DNA of 43,057 bases from an uncultured Methanomicrobiales archaeon (lineage in GTDB: Archaea; Halobacteriota; Methanomicrobia; Methanomicrobiales; Methanocorpusculaceae): positions 1 through 43,057 of the forward strand of contig CAZABQ010000001.1 of assembly GCA_964483485.1 (NCBI GenBank), given 5' to 3'. Under the pieces are notes generated by a model. The model made no database searches. It saw only the letters and a list, made by a program, of their open reading frames with translations, and had not been told where the DNA came from. Made by a program: the position numbers and the translations under genes. This document shows positions 19,151 through 27,342 of the stretch, one piece after another. Position 1 is the stretch's first letter. Each line of letters starts with the position of its first letter.

Positions 19151-19759
19151 TTACTCCGTATTGACCTTCGCAAACGCTCGTTCGATGTCGATGTGGCCAC
19201 AGTTAGGGCACCGGCGCATGGTGTTATCAGGTTCCTGATACTCCTGAGCTAATTCCGCCTCAACGTCCTCGGCTGAGAGAGCGTCGGCGACTGAAACAGT
19301 CTCTTTGGCAGGTAGCGGGTTCTCCATGCCCTCAAATGAAGCGAGTGCTAAGTCAATCTCGTGATCGTCAAAACCAGTCACAGTGAGATCAAAGTCAGGA
19401 GCATAATGGTAGAGTTCTGCCATCAAGGAGTGGAGTTGCTGATTGTCCCAATCGTTGCTGATTTTGTTCAGCGCGATGTTCAACGCCTTTTCTTCCGTCT
19501 TGTTCAGATTTACAAGAACACAGGAGGCAGTCTTCCAGCCCAAGTCACGCATCACCATGAGGCGTTGGTTTCCGCCAACAACCGTCATATCTGAGTTCAC
19601 CACGAGCGGTTGGACAGCGCCAAACTTTGTCAGCGAGTTCTTGATCTTTTCGTAGACAGGGTCTCCGGGCTCAATTTTCATTCGCGGGTTATATTCCGCG
19701 AATCTGAGTTCATCGAGGTTGATTTCTCTGATAATCATCGATTTACTGGTCATGTTCAA
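19151..19759 (-). CDS. ParB/Srx-like N-terminal domain protein with C-terminal Zn ribbon
   Basis: AEYNPR, SLTKFGAVQPLVVN, VVGGNQRL, EKALNIALNKI; CPNCGH. Confidence 0.9.
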   Translation of the reverse strand: MNMTSKSMIIREINLDELRFAEYNPRMKIEPGDPVYEKIKNSLTKFGAVQPLVVNSDMTVVGGNQRLMVMRDLGWKTASCVLVNLNKTEEKALNIALNKISNDWDNQQLHSLMAELYHYAPDFDLTVTGFDDHEIDLALASFEGMENPLPAKETVSVADALSAEDVEAELAQEYQEPDNTMRRCPNCGHIDIERAFAKVNTE

Positions 19760-20511
19760 TCCCTACCAAGGCACGCCCATTTCTGGTAGTAGTGCTCTTG
19801 GGTCTTCATGGCGTCCAAATACGCCATCACGATAGTTGTTTTGTAGTGCATGCCTGCGGGTTGGCGGACTTGTTTGTTGATCATCTTTCGGATGCCCGAC
19901 TGCTTCCAAGACGAACTATCGACGTAGTCGAAGGGCACGGTGTTGAGGATTTCACGTCGTGTCATTCCAAGACAGTGAATCCGACAATCATTCGCCCATG
20001 CAACTTTCCGGAACATGTCGAGCTGGTCGCGGTTTATGTCACCACCCAGAGCAGTCACAGAGACAACCCTGCCGGAGTATTCCTTGCATGTTTGAATGTA
20101 GTCAGGAATGCCACGATTCCTATGCCATACAGGGATGATCTTGTCTGTGACTCGTTCCAGAATCCGGCGGAGTCGTTTCACTTCATCATAGGATGTGACG
20201 TTGTCGATATCCATTTCGAAATAGCCGATGTGATTCGGGCGATCATGAGTGGAAATCCAATTGGCATACTCCCGGGTGTAGGTTTCCCATCCCTGTTTCG
20301 GGGCAAGGCCGCGCCGGAATGAGTGGGCTCCGGAATCCACGAGTATTTCCTTGGAATGAGTCGACAGCCAGTCGATGTGATTCGACGCTTCCTCAGATTT
20401 CCGGTTGATGTAGAAGAAACTCATCAGATTCCAGTTCATCCGGAGTTCCGGATACATCTCACGAAGCTGATAGCACTCCGCTCCTTCGACGGCGGATAGA
20501 AAGACTTTCAT
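19756..20511 (-). CDS. dpdA: DpdA-like DNA 7-deazaguanine transglycosylase (TGT superfamily)
   Basis: LVDSGAHSF, FEMDI, IIPVWH, IHCLGMT..VPFDYVDSSSW in the motif order of phage DpdA; flanked by yhhQ and ParB-like genes. Confidence 0.82.
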   Translation of the reverse strand: MKVFLSAVEGAECYQLREMYPELRMNWNLMSFFYINRKSEEASNHIDWLSTHSKEILVDSGAHSFRRGLAPKQGWETYTREYANWISTHDRPNHIGYFEMDIDNVTSYDEVKRLRRILERVTDKIIPVWHRNRGIPDYIQTCKEYSGRVVSVTALGGDINRDQLDMFRKVAWANDCRIHCLGMTRREILNTVPFDYVDSSSWKQSGIRKMINKQVRQPAGMHYKTTIVMAYLDAMKTQEHYYQKWACLGRD

Positions 20512-21167
20512 CGGCCATTCTCACCGCCGCGAGTGAAGAAGTAGAAGAACGGAGTCACCATGACGGACGTCAGGAACTTGAAGAAGTAGGACGAGAGGAT
20601 CATGATCCATAAGTCGGGAATGATGCCTGCGAACGCGATTACTGCAAAGAGAGTTGAATCTGCCATCTGCGAAATGACAGAACTTCCTCCGGAGCGAATC
20701 CACTTCGGGGAGTAGCGGTTCTTGAAGAAGTGGAACAACCTGACATCAAGGAGTTGAGATACGAGATACGCCATCAGTGATGCGACGACGATACGCCCTG
20801 TGGAACTGAGCACTGTCGTGAATTGATCAGAAAAGGCAGACACGTATGGAGAGCACGGTAGAGCTATCGAGCAATACAACAACACCACTGCTACTACCTG
20901 CAACGAGATGCCCGTGAGCACCGCTCTCTGCGCATACTTCTTTCCCCAGATTTCGTTGATGACATCGATGCAGAGGAACGTCAGTGGATACGCCAGCAGA
21001 CCTGCGTCGAATTCGAATGCCCAGAATGTGCAGACCTTCGCAGCTGCGATGTTTGCGACGACGATACAGACTGCGAATATTGCTGTTATCGCAGCGAGCG
21101 AACCATCCGTTTTTTTCACGCGGGTGAAGTCGAGCGCTGTCAGAAGACAGTGCGGTATAATGGTCAT
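20508..21167 (-). CDS. yhhQ: VUT/YhhQ family preQ0/preQ1 transporter
   Basis: About 6 TM helices; ANIAAAK, YPLTFLCIDVINEIWGKKYA, RIVVASLMAYLVSQLLDV, WIRS..S..ISQMADS. Confidence 0.92.
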   Translation of the reverse strand: MTIIPHCLLTALDFTRVKKTDGSLAAITAIFAVCIVVANIAAAKVCTFWAFEFDAGLLAYPLTFLCIDVINEIWGKKYAQRAVLTGISLQVVAVVLLYCSIALPCSPYVSAFSDQFTTVLSSTGRIVVASLMAYLVSQLLDVRLFHFFKNRYSPKWIRSGGSSVISQMADSTLFAVIAFAGIIPDLWIMILSSYFFKFLTSVMVTPFFYFFTRGGENGR

Positions 21168-21397
21168 TTGAACCTCAGCCAGTCTATCCGCTTCAAACAG
21201 TCCGGGCAGCTGTTCTCCTTCGCGACGATGATGTCAGGGTTCCACCGCTGAAAAGGGATGTAAGGCTGAACAGTACGACCGCAGAGGCAGCGTCCTGCTT
21301 CGTAGTCTTCTTTCGTTGCGTAGAAGTGCACTTTGTTCGTGCGACCATTCCCTGCCGCCCAGATACCATTGGTGAAATCGATTTTTTCCTCAGACAT
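21164..21397 (-). CDS. Small Zn-binding protein
   Basis: H..CLCG..CPDC; ATGA overlap with yhhQ. Confidence 0.65.
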   Translation of the reverse strand: MSEEKIDFTNGIWAAGNGRTNKVHFYATKEDYEAGRCLCGRTVQPYIPFQRWNPDIIVAKENSCPDCLKRIDWLRFK

Positions 21398-21405
21398 AAT
21401 CCCGT

Positions 21406-21675
21406 CTATTTCTCCGTGGTGAACGTCGACAGAAACTGAGTACCTTTTTCGGCGATTGCCAGTTTCTCAGCGCTTGTGAGCTGTGAGTCATCAATCGCAT
21501 CAAGACAGGTTTTGATGAAGTCTGCGAACGCCGCAGGTGTTTCCTCCGTCGGTTTGATGCGTTTGGCGAGTATGAACATCGCCATGGCGATCATTGCTAC
21601 GACGGCGATGATGGATACCATCAACCAGAAGTCACCGAGGGCGATCACGAGACTGGCAAGTTGTTCGGCGAGCAT
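21406..21675 (-). CDS. Small membrane protein (holin-like?)
   Basis: N-terminal hydrophobic helix followed by KRIK and an amphipathic tail. Confidence 0.6.
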   Translation of the reverse strand: MLAEQLASLVIALGDFWLMVSIIAVVAMIAMAMFILAKRIKPTEETPAAFADFIKTCLDAIDDSQLTSAEKLAIAEKGTQFLSTFTTEK

Positions 21676-22211
21676 CAGTCGCTGTCTCCTGGCATTGAGA
21701 CGTTCAGCTCAAGAATGCGGCTGTCGAGAACAGTGTTGGACTGGGCATCCGAGAGCATAATCTTGAGCGAGTGCTTACCGAGCGTCCAGCCGTTTGTTCC
21801 GGGGAAGGAGATGTAGTATGCAGCGGATTTGCCGATGTTAGTCTTGGACATGATGCCCTGAATATCACAGAGGACATACTCGTTTGAATTCGGCTGACGG
21901 TCGTAGGTCTTGAACTGGTAGACTACGTCCTTGTTATCCACACGCAGGTTCACCTTGACGCGCTCTTTCCGGACAACATCAAGCGACTCAGCGATGGTGG
22001 CAACTGTTGCGTCAGCTTCACCAGTGTAGATCGCGACGATAGCCCCTGTTGCGTTGATGATTTGGGAAGATGTTTCCGGTGTGGTGATTGCCGGAGCAGA
22101 AGAGGAAGGTTCAGAAGTAGGTGGGGTTGACATCTCAGTCGACACAGGTGTCGTCTGGAACGCCCGAAGAAATGCCACGAGGGCATTGACAAGACTTGCA
22201 AGAAATCCCAT
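21675..22211 (-). CDS. Hypothetical membrane-anchored protein, first gene of the late operon
   Basis: Amphipathic N-terminus MGFLASLVNALVAFLRAF, Ser/Thr/Pro linker, beta-rich C-terminal domain. Confidence 0.7.
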   Translation of the reverse strand: MGFLASLVNALVAFLRAFQTTPVSTEMSTPPTSEPSSSAPAITTPETSSQIINATGAIVAIYTGEADATVATIAESLDVVRKERVKVNLRVDNKDVVYQFKTYDRQPNSNEYVLCDIQGIMSKTNIGKSAAYYISFPGTNGWTLGKHSLKIMLSDAQSNTVLDSRILELNVSMPGDSD

Positions 22212-22250
22212 GATAAATTATTGATATCACAATGATAAAAAGTGATAACA
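22211..22250. promoter_or_regulatory. Four helically phased TGATA boxes (putative operator at the late promoter)
   Basis: TGATA at 22211, 22222, 22233 and 22243; resembles the elements at 38434-38502. Confidence 0.6.
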
Positions 22251-22309
22251 TGACTCGCCAAAAATGAGTAGATACGCGCGTGTGTGGGCACGTGAACGCA
22301 GATGAACGA

Positions 22310-22524
22310 GTGACACAGATGTGACAGATTCCCGGAAGTTGAGATGAGTTTCCACTCACGCGGATGTCACACATTTTCGAGTGCTACTCTCCCTATAGAT
22401 GTATATTTTCTCGCGTATGGAGAACATTAAAAAAAGTATAGTAAGTGTGTGACAATCACTACAAAACGGAGTTGTCGAGTTCGTATAAAGTGTGGTATCT
22501 ATGCCACGTCACACACTTGTCATA
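22310..22524. other. Candidate replication origin: GTGACA/TGTCAC iterons around an AT-rich core
   Basis: GTGACA at 22310, 22321 and 22449; reverse-type copies at 22365, 22508 and 22518; inverted repeats TGTCACACA/TGTGTGACA and AAGTGTGTGAC/GTCACACACTT. Confidence 0.55.
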
Positions 22525-22576
22525 TATTTGGGTGAGTCGGAGGAAGAACCTATTCTCAGACAAATTCCATGAACAC

Positions 22577-22900
22577 CTACTCGTTCACATCGTTCATCAC
22601 CCCCACCCCACGCCCTTCACCCACAGGGGTGATGGTCAACCGCGCGATAGTCTCCCACGAACCTCCCGGTGTGATGCGAAGATTCTTCCTCCAGTCCATG
22701 TGCCGAAGGATGTCTCGCCTGTGCTCTTCGCACACTGACTTACTGGCAGTCACGAGAACGTGGACTGACCCAGCAGTCGTTCGGCAGACGAGGCTATATT
22801 TAGTGCAACCTGGAATTGTCTTGACTGCCAGCTCCACGACGGAATCGTAGAACACGAGGGCGTTTCCCGCCGTCATCAGATACCTCCTATCAGATGTCAT
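22577..22900 (-). CDS. Hypothetical protein
   Basis: ORF track; ATGA overlap with the upstream gene. The listed end leaves the gene stopping just upstream of the iteron region. Confidence 0.6.
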   Translation of the reverse strand: MTSDRRYLMTAGNALVFYDSVVELAVKTIPGCTKYSLVCRTTAGSVHVLVTASKSVCEEHRRDILRHMDWRKNLRITPGGSWETIARLTITPVGEGRGVGVMNDVNE

Positions 22901-23199
22901 TCCACCCGCTCCATCGAATAGGTGACGCGGTATTGGATGTCCGAGAGTCCGTCACCGATGAATCCATATGCGCACTTATCCCTGCCACCTTTTCCACCGT
23001 TCGCCAGCTCACATTCTTCAAAGATGCTGCATGGAAACACCCGGCTAACCATCTTATACATCCACCCATATCGCCCATGCTCATCATTGGCAATGGTGCG
23101 AGCCCAGCATTGATGTTTCGGGCACTGTAGCCCGATTACATCGCGACCGTCTGAGTAGTGGTGGTAGAATTCGCACCCTGCGCACTGCTTAGGTCTCAT
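22897..23199 (-). CDS. Cys-rich hypothetical protein
   Basis: CAGCEF..C..CSIF; coupled to neighbours. Confidence 0.65.
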   Translation of the reverse strand: MRPKQCAGCEFYHHYSDGRDVIGLQCPKHQCWARTIANDEHGRYGWMYKMVSRVFPCSIFEECELANGGKGGRDKCAYGFIGDGLSDIQYRVTYSMERVE

Positions 23200-23422
23200 G
23201 GTCCATCTCCGGTATTATCTGGTTGTTCCAGCTGTCAACCGCATCTGCTTTCGTCGGTTCACCGGGTCCTCTTGCACCACAGGAGTAACACTTTACGAAG
23301 TGGAGATCTGCAGTCTCGCAATAGCACCAGCAAAGAGCGGGTGCTTCACTACCATCGATCTCCAAAAATGTATCGGTCTCTTTTGCCCTGCAGAACGGAC
23401 ATGGTTTGAGCGGAGTTGTCAT
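23189..23422 (-). CDS. Lar family restriction-alleviation-like protein
   Basis: LKPCPFC..VKCYSCGARGP..AVDSWN; start ATG 23422 in an ATGA overlap. Confidence 0.85.
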   Translation of the reverse strand: MTTPLKPCPFCRAKETDTFLEIDGSEAPALCWCYCETADLHFVKCYSCGARGPGEPTKADAVDSWNNQIIPEMDHET

Positions 23423-23562
23423 TCTCCCTCCCCAATGGGTTCGAAACACGAACGAATATCGTTCGGCTTCACCCACGTCTGGCATTTAGAACAGTTGAAG
23501 TGCGATTCCTTCGGATGCGGGATGAAGCGGCTGCAATCACCACACGTCTTTTCCCCAGTCAT
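23419..23562 (-). CDS. Cys-rich microprotein (47 aa)
   Basis: MTGEKTCGDCSRF..C..SCF; ATGA overlaps on both sides. Confidence 0.62.
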   Translation of the reverse strand: MTGEKTCGDCSRFIPHPKESHFNCSKCQTWVKPNDIRSCFEPIGEGE

Positions 23563-23678
23563 TTCTTCGCCTCTTTCATTACCTTTTCGTAGACACAATC
23601 CTTGCAATCGTCCTGAGTTGCTGTCTTTTGGCATGGTCTACACATCCAGACGTATTCGACCATGTTTGGTTCGGTCAT
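23559..23678 (-). CDS. Cys-rich microprotein (39 aa)
   Basis: MTEPN..CRPC..CKDC; GGGGG SD-like site upstream, ATGA overlap downstream. Confidence 0.5.
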   Translation of the reverse strand: MTEPNMVEYVWMCRPCQKTATQDDCKDCVYEKVMKEAKK

Positions 23679-23700
23679 TTCAATTAACCCCCGTCGCTCG

Positions 23701-24006
23701 TCATTCGTTCGCCTCAAGCACAATCCAATCTTCCGCGAGGAGATCCGTCTGTGATGCCAGCCACGGCACGAACTGGTCATCGGTTGTTTTGATGTAGATG
23801 TATGGCAGAGTCATCTTCGAATGCTCATCGGGCCGCTGCACCTCCAGATACATACCCTTCCTATTCCACCCGCTCCGTGTGACTTTAAAGCCCATTTTGA
23901 GGGCGGCAAGCGCCGCCTCAAATGTTCCACTATTTGCACAAATAATCTGGCACTGGTCGAACAGAACACGACAGCACCTCTCTTTCTTACTGAAACTAAA
24001 TCTCAT
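23701..24006 (-). CDS. DUF2829 (Tad2-like) anti-defence nucleotide-sponge protein
   Basis: FEAALAALKMGFKVTRSGWN..PYIYIKT..VPWLASQTDLLAEDW; AAGGAG SD. Confidence 0.88.
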   Translation of the reverse strand: MRFSFSKKERCCRVLFDQCQIICANSGTFEAALAALKMGFKVTRSGWNRKGMYLEVQRPDEHSKMTLPYIYIKTTDDQFVPWLASQTDLLAEDWIVLEANE

Positions 24007-24017
24007 TTTATCTCTCC

Positions 24018-24185
24018 TTATGCCTTTAATTCGAATCTATCGCAGGTGTTGCAAGCGGTTATATTCCAACTGTATTTCCTACCCTGCTTATCGCAGCAGT
24101 AGATTCTCGCTCCGAACTTCCGGTTCGGCCCTGCGTGCTTGCAATATCTGCACCACCTAAACCGGAGCTTGTCAACAGTCCGCAT
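24018..24185 (-). CDS. Cys-rich microprotein (55 aa), absent from the ORF track
   Basis: MRTVDKLRFRWCRYCKH..IYCC..TCDRFELKA; ATG directly after the upstream TAG; fills the gap. Confidence 0.65.
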   Translation of the reverse strand: MRTVDKLRFRWCRYCKHAGPNRKFGARIYCCDKQGRKYSWNITACNTCDRFELKA

Positions 24186-24470
24186 CTACACCACCTTGTC
24201 CATGCGGACGAAAATATTGACATCTTCCATAGCCCCAACTCCGGCCCAGATTGACGCGGCAAGTTCCAACATTCTCACTTGGTCGGATGTTTGGGGGTAG
24301 TATACCTGCCCTTTCTTGGTAACCACCATTAGAAGCAATGGAGTGTATGCGGTGTTCTTAAGACTGGCATACGCGATGTTTACAACCGGGAGTTCAAGGC
24401 GTGAACCATCCTCAAGATCAAAGGTCACAAATCTGCTGCCACCCATCTTTCTTTCCTCAACCGAAATCAT
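24186..24470 (-). CDS. Hypothetical protein (paralog of 25547..25777)
   Basis: FDLEDGSRLELPVVNIA versus FETTDGIVLRLPVEKIA. Confidence 0.65.
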   Translation of the reverse strand: MISVEERKMGGSRFVTFDLEDGSRLELPVVNIAYASLKNTAYTPLLLMVVTKKGQVYYPQTSDQVRMLELAASIWAGVGAMEDVNIFVRMDKVV

Positions 24471-25042
24471 CAGATCACCTGTTCACGCTGAACCCAGTGA
24501 TTGCACACCGACCGTTCGCTGACTACGACTGATGTTTTCGCACATCTGGCGTAGACGGTGCAACCATACTCTTCCTGAATGATATATGCAGGATGATGTT
24601 CATCAAATTGTTCACATCCTCCGCAAACAACAGTGTGACTGAACCAATTGCAGCAAGTGTCTCCCTCCGTGACGATTTTGCTCAAGCTCCCGTGGTAAGG
24701 GCAGGAATAATGCCCTTTGGTTGTCCGTCTTTGTTGGACATGTTCCCACCGATGGCAGTTCTTGCAGATGACGATGTCACTCTTCAGTTCATCCCGTTCT
24801 GGAACTATTGCCCATTCACTGAATGGCAACGGTGGAACTCCTGCCAGATCAAGCAGGGCTTCTTCCCTCCCACATTCGGAACAGATGTAGACGTCGGCCC
24901 GTCGACTGAGTGCGTTCTGCGTCGCTCGTTTGTGAGTCATCTGACGACCGCAACGAGGGCATGGTAGGGCGTAGTTGTCCGGTTCTTCACTCTGGAGTTT
25001 CCCGCACTCTTCGATAATACGTTTCGCGACTTCTTCGCTCAT
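24470..25042 (-). CDS. Multi-Cys-module protein
   Basis: CPRCG..NALSRRADVYICSECG..EAL Zn ribbon plus two tandem CxxC..C..CxxW modules. Confidence 0.72.
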   Translation of the reverse strand: MSEEVAKRIIEECGKLQSEEPDNYALPCPRCGRQMTHKRATQNALSRRADVYICSECGREEALLDLAGVPPLPFSEWAIVPERDELKSDIVICKNCHRWEHVQQRRTTKGHYSCPYHGSLSKIVTEGDTCCNWFSHTVVCGGCEQFDEHHPAYIIQEEYGCTVYARCAKTSVVVSERSVCNHWVQREQVI

Positions 25043-25311
25043 GGCTCAACCTCCTCCACCAAACTCTCAAACATGAGGTTCGTTAGCTCCTCCACCCCAT
25101 CTGCTATTTTCTCAATCTCCTGTTTCATCTCCGGAGTAATTGGCTTTTTACAGAACACTGGGCAGCGCACTACCTCCACGGAGGCAGAATTTTCTTCGTT
25201 CATATCAACAGCGGCGCAAATCATCAAAACGATACAATCGTTTTTTGTGAGTTTTCTTACCATCGATTGGTATATTGAGTCGTTGACTGGTGCGTAGCTC
25301 ATTCCTTTCAC
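25039..25311 (-). CDS. Hypothetical protein
   Basis: 4-nt overlaps on both sides. Confidence 0.6.
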   Translation of the reverse strand: MKGMSYAPVNDSIYQSMVRKLTKNDCIVLMICAAVDMNEENSASVEVVRCPVFCKKPITPEMKQEIEKIADGVEELTNLMFESLVEEVEP

Positions 25312-25550
25312 ACCCTTGCATCATTGCATTCGATGAAACTCTTCTTCGGAGGGTTGAGAAGGCAATGCACAAACACACTCAGGGTGTTGAACTCCTCAAA
25401 CGAAATTCCAGTAGGGGCTTGTTGATATGCACCCTTCAAACACGCCATCAGGGCTTTTTCAGTGTCGCATGCACTGCATTTCTTTTCCAGATGCGCGATG
25501 TAGTTTTCAACAATCCACGCCGCGTAATTCTCAAGACACCCCTGACTCAT
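25308..25550 (-). CDS. Hypothetical protein
   Basis: 4-nt overlaps on both sides. Confidence 0.55.
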   Translation of the reverse strand: MSQGCLENYAAWIVENYIAHLEKKCSACDTEKALMACLKGAYQQAPTGISFEEFNTLSVFVHCLLNPPKKSFIECNDARV

Positions 25551-25777
25551 TCCTTCAGCACCTCCATCTGCTGCAAAACGGAACGGGCAAAACCAAACAC
25601 GTCCTCCGGCGCACCGGACTGATAGTCAAAAGTCAATCCTGAATCCATCCTGATTTGCACTGCAAGTCGCATGTGGTTGTCAGTATAGATTGTCACTTTC
25701 GCGATTTTTTCGACGGGAAGTCTCAGCACAATCCCGTCCGTAGTTTCAAATGATGTGGTCATTGTCATCTTTTTCAT
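25547..25777 (-). CDS. Hypothetical protein (paralog of 24186..24470)
   Basis: Similarity to the paralog; GGAG SD; carries a variant of the start motif. Confidence 0.65.
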   Translation of the reverse strand: MKKMTMTTSFETTDGIVLRLPVEKIAKVTIYTDNHMRLAVQIRMDSGLTFDYQSGAPEDVFGFARSVLQQMEVLKE

Positions 25778-25784
25778 CTCCGTT

Positions 25785-25985
25785 TCAATGGAACTCTTCG
25801 ATGCCCCATATATCCTTCTTCAACCGAGTGAACTCCTTCACCAACATATCCTTCGCGTTGTCGTCGAGATCATAATCCTGCCAGATACAGTGTATGATGC
25901 CAATCTCTACTCCCTGCACTTGCTGATGAGTATCTGCATCGCGGAGCGATTCTCGCATCGCTGCGAGGTAGAGTTCAGCGTTCAT
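25785..25985 (-). CDS. Hypothetical protein
   Basis: Fills an operon gap; GGAG upstream. Confidence 0.55.
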   Translation of the reverse strand: MNAELYLAAMRESLRDADTHQQVQGVEIGIIHCIWQDYDLDDNAKDMLVKEFTRLKKDIWGIEEFH

Positions 25986-26319
25986 TATCCAACTCCTGCT
26001 CCGGCAACGGAGAATAGTTGTCTCCGAAATCCTCGTTGTGGATGCATTCCGAGCAGTGGGTCAAGAGAAAATCCCGAGAGTGACAACATTTGTCACAATC
26101 AACACCCTTTCTCGCAGTTGCGTCTGGAACCCAATAGCGATACACCCTGAAATTACCAGGCAGATATGTTTTGATTACTCGGCCTTCAGCATGCAGAGCA
26201 GTCAGGTGATACTTGATAGTCGTATATGGCAGTGACAGGAGGTTTGCAAGTTCTGTCCGTGAAGATCCCGGATGCTTCAGAACAGCGGTGAGTATTTTTT
26301 TCTCTATCAGAGAACTCAT
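25975..26319 (-). CDS. Winged-HTH regulator with Cys-rich tail
   Basis: ILTAVLKHPGSSRTELANLLSLPYTTIKYHLTALHAEGRV. Confidence 0.8.
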   Translation of the reverse strand: MSSLIEKKILTAVLKHPGSSRTELANLLSLPYTTIKYHLTALHAEGRVIKTYLPGNFRVYRYWVPDATARKGVDCDKCCHSRDFLLTHCSECIHNEDFGDNYSPLPEQELDNER

Positions 26320-26558
26320 TCCGAGTCACCCCCGGAAACCCCACTCTTCACGTGGCTCTTCACGCGATACACAGTTGGCTGATGTCTACAGTCACCGTTA
26401 CTATCGTGTCCCCTCCGAACAACCGCCAGATACCCCCGATTGACCAACGGTTTCAGACTACTGGAGTGAACACCCGGAACATCTGTATAAACGAAATCGT
26501 TGTGTCCAACTGTTTCCAGAATCATGTCCAGAACTAAGGGATTCTTTGAACCAGTCAT
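26316..26558 (-). CDS. Winged-helix-like protein (paralog of 28180..28425)
   Basis: FVYTDVPGVH..LVNRGYL..PTVYRV. Confidence 0.65.
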   Translation of the reverse strand: MTGSKNPLVLDMILETVGHNDFVYTDVPGVHSSSLKPLVNRGYLAVVRRGHDSNGDCRHQPTVYRVKSHVKSGVSGGDSE

Positions 26559-26890
26559 GGAAGTTCCCTCCGTTGTTCAAATCTGGAGCAGCTGATAGGG
26601 TTCCAGCGTGTGAACCCGTATTCCTCGGAGCAGTATCGGTAAATACTGCATTCTTTACAGCGTTTTACAGCTTCTGCGAACTTATCAGGCAGCTGCTCCC
26701 ACTGTTCCTCATTTTCTAAGTATTCCATGTCAGGTTCGAGGGGCTTGTCGTCGAAAAAACCGCTCTCGTCATCTGTTGTGATCTCGAAACCAGCATAGGC
26801 GAGTGCGTTAATTGCATCTTCCAGCGTCTCAGCCTTCAGAGTCACGCACTTGTGGTTGACCTCACGGAAATGGTATCGCCAGAATGTCAT
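26555..26890 (-). CDS. Hypothetical protein with C-terminal Cys module
   Basis: ATGA overlaps; CKECSIY..C..CSRF. Confidence 0.65.
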   Translation of the reverse strand: MTFWRYHFREVNHKCVTLKAETLEDAINALAYAGFEITTDDESGFFDDKPLEPDMEYLENEEQWEQLPDKFAEAVKRCKECSIYRYCSEEYGFTRWNPISCSRFEQRRELP

Positions 26891-27342
26891 GAGAAGTCCC
26901 CTGCTTTCACACGCCGGATGACGAATTCCATGCCTGCTTTGGTGATGAGGGGCTGACCGTATTCTCCCTTCTGGAGATATCCTGAGTCAACCCCTCGCTG
27001 AGTCGGCTGGCGGCTGCCTTTGTCTGTCGTCCGGACATAACCTTGAGCTATCAGAAATTTGGTGACGTCTCGAAGGAGGATATCCGAACGATTCGTTCGT
27101 TCCCTGACCAATTGAGTCGACTTCCGCACACTGGCTATCTCAGGCAGCGAGTCATCCGCAGTTGTGTTCTGGGCTGTTGGTAGGACTTTGAGCGGACAGG
27201 AAGCAGCGAAGTCACTGTTGCTCTTGCACAGGAAGAGGTAGTTCTCGTTGAGAACTACATCAGGGTGCTGACAGATTTGAATCTCCCCGACTTCTCGGTG
27301 AAATGGGCACATGTCTGGAGTGGGGATTTCGACATATCTCAT
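26887..27342 (-). CDS. KilAC/antirepressor C-terminal-like domain protein with N-terminal Cys cluster
   Basis: FLIAQGYV..QPTQRGVDSGYL..PLITKAGMEFV; start ATG 27342 in an ATGA overlap. Confidence 0.68.
   Translation of the reverse strand: MRYVEIPTPDMCPFHREVGEIQICQHPDVVLNENYLFLCKSNSDFAASCPLKVLPTAQNTTADDSLPEIASVRKSTQLVRERTNRSDILLRDVTKFLIAQGYVRTTDKGSRQPTQRGVDSGYLQKGEYGQPLITKAGMEFVIRRVKAGDFS

Noticed and set aside
19756-20511. tRNA-modifying TGT
   Set aside because: Too short, lacks the Zn-binding CxCxxC site and PUA domain; the context fits DNA-acting DpdA
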